Source: a virus
Taxonomy: Duplodnaviria; Caudoviricetes
Length of the DNA stretch: 64,000 bases
Reading direction: 5' to 3' (one strand)
IMG/VR virus record: IMGVR_UViG_3300002835_000027
Span: 1-64,000 of that record
This document shows, piece after piece, positions 58,849 to 64,000 of this stretch (the first letter of the stretch is position 1; each line of letters begins with the position of its first letter). Below the pieces are notes generated by a model. That model worked only from the letters and a program-made list of their open reading frames with translations. It had not been told where the DNA came from and did no database searches. A program made the translations under genes and the position numbers.

Positions 58849-59460
58849 TTAAAATGATGGTAAAATGCCTTGTTTAAAAGAATATAAGTTAAACTTTTCA
58901 AATTCAACTGCGGAATGTTGTTCTAATAATGAAACTGTAACTGTTGTTATTATAGGAAATGGAACGCCACCTAATTGATCATCATTCGATTCGGCTAATG
59001 TTGGGATATAATCGACGTCATTAGGATATGACATACTAAAGTTTTCTAAGACTACCGGTATTTTTACCATATGGCCTCTATTTGTTTCTGAAGCATATGC
59101 GGAAAATAATAAAACTTCTGGTGGTGCACCTAACCAATTTTTTAACTGGTCGCCCATTGGGCCGCTAGTATCACCAAAATAAGCTTTAGTCCAAGCTCTT
59201 AGTGTTAATACTTTTTTTAAATTACGTCTAGCTTCTAATGCATTTCTAGATACTAATTTAATATCACCAAGATCGAATTTCCGACTAGGTGAATTTTCGT
59301 ACGGATGATAATTACCAATTAAATGAGTTGGATTTAATGTTCCGTAAATTGCTGAATTTTGCTCTGATATTGTAGGCATGGTATTAAAAACGACCAAGTC
59401 TTTACTAATAGTTCCTTCTAATCTTATTTTAAATTTATTATCTAATTCATCCGGGGTCAT
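58849..59460 (-). CDS. Baseplate/tube-associated structural protein
   Basis: P.ISE...A.Y....PTH, GAPPEVL.FSAY, KIPVVL...S.SYPNDVDYI, V.VSL.EQHS. Confidence 0.6.
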   Translation of the reverse strand: MTPDELDNKFKIRLEGTISKDLVVFNTMPTISEQNSAIYGTLNPTHLIGNYHPYENSPSRKFDLGDIKLVSRNALEARRNLKKVLTLRAWTKAYFGDTSGPMGDQLKNWLGAPPEVLLFSAYASETNRGHMVKIPVVLENFSMSYPNDVDYIPTLAESNDDQLGGVPFPIITTVTVSLLEQHSAVEFEKFNLYSFKQGILPSF

Positions 59461-59490
59461 TGATTTGCCTAAATTAATACATATAAAGTA

Positions 59491-59519
59491 TTGATTATTT
59501 ATGTTAAATCCGGTATAAT
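59491..59519 (+). promoter_or_regulatory. Sigma70-type promoter of gp55 overlapping an antisense late promoter
   Basis: TTGATT (59491-59496)-17-TATAAT (59514-59519); ATAAATA on the minus strand at 59496-59502. Confidence 0.7.
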
Positions 59520-59552
59520 CATTAAAATTTACGTTAATTCACGGAGTGAAAG

Positions 59553-60032
59553 ATGTCGAAAAAAAGAATACCAAGAAACTACTTAAGTAACGCCAATTTA
59601 TTGGAGCAGTTGGCTTTAAGTAGACAAAAGGGTGAAATGACCCACGAATTTTCAAAAATGATTATGTTATTATGTGAGCGGTATTCTAAAAAAAGCAACT
59701 TCGCACGGTACACATTTATTGCTGATATGCAAAGTTATGCTATATTAAATATTGTAAAAAATTGGAGATCATTTGATGAAGCTAGATTTGATAACCCATT
59801 TGCGTATTATACTCAAAATATACACTACTCATTTGTTCAATACCTTAATATGGAGAAGAAACATAGAAATATACGAGATAAACTTTTAGTGAATAATGGA
59901 TTAGATCCATCACATTCATTTTCTGCTGAATATGCTGAAAACGAAAACGTAGCATCAAACCCAGCATTATTATTTAATCCAGCCGAAATTATGTTCCAAG
60001 AACCCACTCCAGAAACCGACGATGACGAGTAA
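59553..60032 (+). CDS. Late-transcription sigma factor (T4 gp55-like)
   Basis: NYLSNANLL, MIMLLCERYS.KSNFARYTF..DM...A, FD...FDNPFAYYTQ..HYSF...LN.EKK. Confidence 0.92.
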   Translation: MSKKRIPRNYLSNANLLEQLALSRQKGEMTHEFSKMIMLLCERYSKKSNFARYTFIADMQSYAILNIVKNWRSFDEARFDNPFAYYTQNIHYSFVQYLNMEKKHRNIRDKLLVNNGLDPSHSFSAEYAENENVASNPALLFNPAEIMFQEPTPETDDDE

Positions 60033-60044
60033 GTCAAAAACGAC

Positions 60045-61076
60045 ATGAAAACATTAAACAAATCATTAATGTTTACCGATATTCATTTTGGTAAAAAAAA
60101 TAACTCAGATCAACATAATTTACATTGTATTCAATTTATTGAATTTGTTTGTAATCATATTAAACAAAATCAAGATATTGATCATGTTATATTTTTAGGA
60201 GATTGGCATGAAAATAGATCGGCTATTAATGTATCTACTTTATATTATAGTTATAACGGCGCTAGTTTATTAAACGATTTAAATATTCCAATTTATTTTA
60301 TTATTGGAAATCATGACCTTTATACTAAACATAGTAGAGAAGTTCATTCATGCCATTGGTTTGATGAATTAACTAATTTTATAGTAATCGATCATCCTAC
60401 TGTAGTTGAAAATATAGGTAATGGGGCTTTATTAAGTCCGTTCTTATTTCATTATGAATATCCAACATTAAATGATTATAATGTTAAAAATGTCTATGGG
60501 CATTTTGAATTTTCCGGCTTTGTTGTAACTGGGGCGAGTACTAAATTCCAAGGCGGACCTGATCATACGGATTATAGTAAATTTAAACGCGTATTTTCAG
60601 GTCACTTTCATAAAAGACAAATAACTGATAATGTCATTTATATCGGAAATACATTTCCGATGGATTTTAGTGACGCTAATGATTTTGATCGAGGATTTGC
60701 AATTCACGATCATATTAATGATGATGTTAGTTTTATTAATTGGCCTGATTGTCCGAAATATATTAGTACCAATCTATCTACTATTATTGATAATCAAATA
60801 GAAATACCGGATGGTGCAAATATTAAATGTATAGCTGATATTACTATGGATTATAGTAAAATGATAGAATTTAAACGAACTATCATGGAAGTTTATAATT
60901 TAGCTGATATTGCTATAGAAGAACCACCAACTCAATTTTTTGCGGACGGAATTGAAGAAATTGAAGATACAAAAGTTATTTCAATAAATGATGCTATTGT
61001 TGATATGTTAAGTAAAAACATCGAATCGAACGGCATCGATAATAATCAATTAATCCAAATTTATATACAATTATGA
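60045..61076 (+). CDS. Recombination endonuclease subunit (gp47/SbcD/Mre11)
   Basis: TDIHFG, LGDW, GNHD, GHFE, SGHFH metallophosphoesterase motifs. Confidence 0.95.
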   Translation: MKTLNKSLMFTDIHFGKKNNSDQHNLHCIQFIEFVCNHIKQNQDIDHVIFLGDWHENRSAINVSTLYYSYNGASLLNDLNIPIYFIIGNHDLYTKHSREVHSCHWFDELTNFIVIDHPTVVENIGNGALLSPFLFHYEYPTLNDYNVKNVYGHFEFSGFVVTGASTKFQGGPDHTDYSKFKRVFSGHFHKRQITDNVIYIGNTFPMDFSDANDFDRGFAIHDHINDDVSFINWPDCPKYISTNLSTIIDNQIEIPDGANIKCIADITMDYSKMIEFKRTIMEVYNLADIAIEEPPTQFFADGIEEIEDTKVISINDAIVDMLSKNIESNGIDNNQLIQIYIQL

Positions 61077-62842
61077 TTACCTTTTTCGAATTAAATATTA
61101 GAAATTTTTTATCCTATGGAAATGTTCCCACTTCAGTTAATTTAAATCAAGGTGGTGTTGTTTTAATATCGGGAACAAACGGAGTAGGTAAAAGCTCCAT
61201 TATCGAAGCGTTAATATTTGCATTATATAATACAACTATGGCTGAAGGTAATGTTGATGATTTAGTAAATGATATTAATGGCCGAGATATGGAAGTCTCG
61301 GTTACTTTTCATAAACCAACTCAAGGTTATTATAAAGTAACACGAGCAAGAAAAGTTGGTAAATCAGCAAATGGAAATTTCGTTAAACTATATCATAATA
61401 AAACCGAATTAGTATTTGAAGATGATCATGAAATTTCATTAGATGGTACTAGAACGACTGATCAATTAATAATTACTGTATTAGGTATGACGTACGAAAT
61501 GTTTTCACGTATGATTGTAGTATCTGCTACTAATTCACCATTCCTTGATTTGCCCGTAACTGCGACCGGTAAATCATCACAAACTGGATTTATGGAACGG
61601 TTATTTGATTTACATATATTAGCAGAAAAAGCTCAAGTGTTAAAAGATCAAATTAAATTAAATGAAGTTGCAGTTAAACAACATATATCGAAAATTGATC
61701 AAATTAGACAAGAACAAAGTAGATTAAATCAGCAAATCGAAAATGCAAGAAATAAAGCAGAAAATCATGATTCTACAGTTAAACAAAATATATTTCATTA
61801 TAATGAACGTTTAGAAAAAATTAGCTGCATTAATATAGATCAGGAACGGGCATATTATGATCAAGTAAAAACTGCGAAGCTTGAAATTAATGAATTTAAA
61901 CAACAGCAAATTACATTATCTAATAGTTATACTAAACAAAATGCGATTAAAGATCAAAAAGAATCAGAATTAGTGAGCTTAAAAAATAGTAAATGCCCGT
62001 ATTGCGAACAACATTATCATAACGAAGAAAAAATTAATGAATGTACTATTAAGATAGATGAATGCAATCAGAATATTTTAGAAATGGTTGATTTTTTAGA
62101 TGAATTAGATAAATCAATCGAAGAGAAAATGTTGGAACATGATGATATATTATCTAAAATGTCGGTGAAAGAATTAGAAGCAATTTTAAATATTAAGCAC
62201 GAAATTGATACTATTAAAACTAAGATATCTGATTTAAAAGATAGTAAAAATGTTTATTTAGAACAGTTAACTGAATTAGAGCAAATCGAATTAGATCCGA
62301 TAGATACTGAAGGTTTAGATAAATTAAAGAATCTATCAGCGCATCAAGATTTTCTTTTAAAATTATTAACTAAAAAAGATAGTTTCGTAAGAAAGACTCT
62401 ATTAAATTCGAATTTAAAATATTTAAATAGTAGAGTTCAAAAATATCTACAAGATATGGGATTACCATTCTTAGTTGAATTTAATTCTGCTATGGCTGCA
62501 GAAATTAAAAAATTAGGTAGAAAAAGACCATTTGGTAAATTATCCAACGGTCAAAAATCTCGAGTTAATATAGCATTAACTTTAGCATTTAGAGATGTAC
62601 GACAAAAGATGAGTGCTCCAGTTAATGTGTTTATGTGCGATGAATGTTTAGATGTCGGTTTAGATGAAAGTGGTATTTCTGCAGCTATTTCGATTTTAAA
62701 GAAAAAAGCATACGAAGATAAAATTACAATCTATATTATTACTCATAGAGCGGAAACTAGTAATTTATTTGATCAAGTAATGCATATTACTATGGATAAT
62801 GATTTTAGTAAAATCGAGTATAAAAGCAATTTAATTGGCTAA
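61073..62842 (+). CDS. Recombination ATPase subunit (gp46/SbcC/Rad50)
   Basis: NFLSYGN, GTNGVGKS, coiled coil with CPYC hook, LSNGQ, DECLD.GLD, IITH. Confidence 0.96.
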   Translation: MITFFELNIRNFLSYGNVPTSVNLNQGGVVLISGTNGVGKSSIIEALIFALYNTTMAEGNVDDLVNDINGRDMEVSVTFHKPTQGYYKVTRARKVGKSANGNFVKLYHNKTELVFEDDHEISLDGTRTTDQLIITVLGMTYEMFSRMIVVSATNSPFLDLPVTATGKSSQTGFMERLFDLHILAEKAQVLKDQIKLNEVAVKQHISKIDQIRQEQSRLNQQIENARNKAENHDSTVKQNIFHYNERLEKISCINIDQERAYYDQVKTAKLEINEFKQQQITLSNSYTKQNAIKDQKESELVSLKNSKCPYCEQHYHNEEKINECTIKIDECNQNILEMVDFLDELDKSIEEKMLEHDDILSKMSVKELEAILNIKHEIDTIKTKISDLKDSKNVYLEQLTELEQIELDPIDTEGLDKLKNLSAHQDFLLKLLTKKDSFVRKTLLNSNLKYLNSRVQKYLQDMGLPFLVEFNSAMAAEIKKLGRKRPFGKLSNGQKSRVNIALTLAFRDVRQKMSAPVNVFMCDECLDVGLDESGISAAISILKKKAYEDKITIYIITHRAETSNLFDQVMHITMDNDFSKIEYKSNLIG

Positions 62843-62893
62843 TATCCACCGGTCATATATTATATTCTAAATATTAACATTTAGGATATAAGT

Positions 62894-63397
62894 ATGACCG
62901 TTTTTATAGGGATAGATCAATCATATACTAGTACTGGGTATTGCGTAATAAAAGATAATGATGTTTTAGATTTTGGTGTTTTTAAAACGTCGATCCATGA
63001 TGGTGATATTCACGATCGTGCAAATAATGTAGTAAATAGTATTACGTCATTATGTAATAATTATAATGATTTTAAATTTTCAATGGAGGGTTTATCCTTC
63101 GGTCAACGCGGTAGTGCGACTAGAGATTTAGCTGGTTTGCAATTTATTATTATCAATCATATACGGTTTCAGTTAAAAGTATTAGACATAAATATAATAT
63201 CTCCGAAATCGATCAAGAAATTTGCTACTGGTTCTGGTGGGAGTTCAAAAGTAAAAGTAACTAAAACGATGATGGTGCATTCGTTACCAGAAGAAATAAA
63301 AGCATTATTTAAAACGAAATATAAAACATCTACTGGATTATATGATGTAACTGATGCTTATTATCTGGCGAAGTATAATCAATCGATTTCAAAATAA
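62894..63397 (+). CDS. RuvC-like Holliday junction resolvase
   Basis: IGIDQSYTSTG, MEG.SFG, DLAGL, P.SIKKFATG.G, DVTDAY. Confidence 0.85.
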   Translation: MTVFIGIDQSYTSTGYCVIKDNDVLDFGVFKTSIHDGDIHDRANNVVNSITSLCNNYNDFKFSMEGLSFGQRGSATRDLAGLQFIIINHIRFQLKVLDINIISPKSIKKFATGSGGSSKVKVTKTMMVHSLPEEIKALFKTKYKTSTGLYDVTDAYYLAKYNQSISK

Positions 63398-63414
63398 AAC
63401 TAACAGGTATACCT

Positions 63415-63744
63415 ATGAATTTACATGAATTATTAAACGGCGGTACTATTAATCATACAACTGCAATGTATAATGATAAACCTAGAAATATGCATCCAGC
63501 TTATCCACAATCACAGACTGCAGAACCAAATCATCAAACTCAAAATACCAATCATCCGACTGAACAAGAAGATAAAGTAACAATGGATATTCCATTATTC
63601 ATTCGATTATTGGAATGGGCTAAAGAAGATTCGGAAACTGATATGGATTTGCATGAAGTAGCTGAGCGTATTACTAAACGTCAATCCGAATGTTTAACTA
63701 TGGATGATTACGATTCAATTATTATTCCGAAATCAAAAGACTAA
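63415..63744 (+). CDS. Hypothetical protein
   Basis: AGGT RBS; MNLHELL start; VTMDIPLFIRLLEWAKED...DMDLHEVAE domain. Confidence 0.7.
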   Translation: MNLHELLNGGTINHTTAMYNDKPRNMHPAYPQSQTAEPNHQTQNTNHPTEQEDKVTMDIPLFIRLLEWAKEDSETDMDLHEVAERITKRQSECLTMDDYDSIIIPKSKD

Positions 63745-64000
63745 TGACTATTTTATATCAATGCAATAAATGCAATAGACAAATCGATTTAATAACTACA
63801 GTTCCGGCTATGTATCGATGTGTTATTTCTGCTGATTGCAATGGTGAAATGTTCTTTATTAAGTATAATAAAAATATTAGTAGAGGGCAGGAGCCGCCGG
63901 CGACTGATTATATTGATTGGATTAAACAGGATCATATTTTTACCTTTAATCAAGTGAAACCAGTTAAAAATTGGCGAATAAAACATCAGTTAAATAATCA
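63744..64000 (+). CDS. Partial ORF running off the window: zinc-finger-like N-terminus plus W-x-I-x-H module
   Basis: Hand translation MTILYQCNKCNRQID...RCVISADCNG...FTFNQVKPVKNWRIKHQLNN with no stop; TAATG overlap. Confidence 0.7.
   Translation, partial: MTILYQCNKCNRQIDLITTVPAMYRCVISADCNGEMFFIKYNKNISRGQEPPATDYIDWIKQDHIFTFNQVKPVKNWRIKHQLNN

Noticed and set aside
9961-63986. Short ORF-track entries 9961-10155, 12804-13025, 17494-17736, 19347-19682, 30700-30933, 40316-40594, 41249-41443, 43201-43437, 52109-52303, 56276-56458, 59837-60061, 63789-63986
   Set aside because: Shadow ORFs of real genes; the last is antisense to the plus-strand ORF starting at 63744.
1-64000. Stop-codon reassignment, CRISPR array, tRNA or rRNA genes
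   Set aside because: Conserved genes are full length in the standard code with tight packing; no repeat-spacer array or structural RNA gene was recognised.

Overview
This is a very AT-rich, gene-dense segment of a large lytic (probably jumbo) myophage distantly related to T4, read in the standard genetic code. It holds neck, sheath, tube, head-completion and terminase genes, six tail-fibre paralogues, a 2.7k-aa baseplate-type protein and further baseplate and fibre paralogue arrays. It also carries part of a 7-deazaguanine pathway (folE, queE, queC plus a free class II amidotransferase; no queD or dpdA in view), a TraR/DksA factor and a dCTP deaminase/dUTPase. The replication genes are RNase H, a clamp, family-B polymerase, DsbA, gp46/gp47 and a RuvC-like resolvase, and there is a gp55-like late sigma factor. 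Two promoter classes are readable: TTGNNN-17-TATAAT before enzymes and ATAAATA before virion genes. The most unusual features are: (1) a family-B polymerase broken inside its exonuclease active site into two genes 1 kb apart, with intein(Hint)-like peptides on both broken ends; (2) a host-type outer-membrane beta-barrel plus periplasmic binding protein cassette; (3) a 190-aa minimal DnaE retaining all catalytic motifs; (4) a ~215-nt structured leader with a T-loop before the cell-wall hydrolase; (5) a late promoter embedded in the early promoter of the late sigma gene. No tRNA, rRNA, CRISPR array, integrase or transposase was seen. All assignments come from motif recognition by eye, not from database searches.
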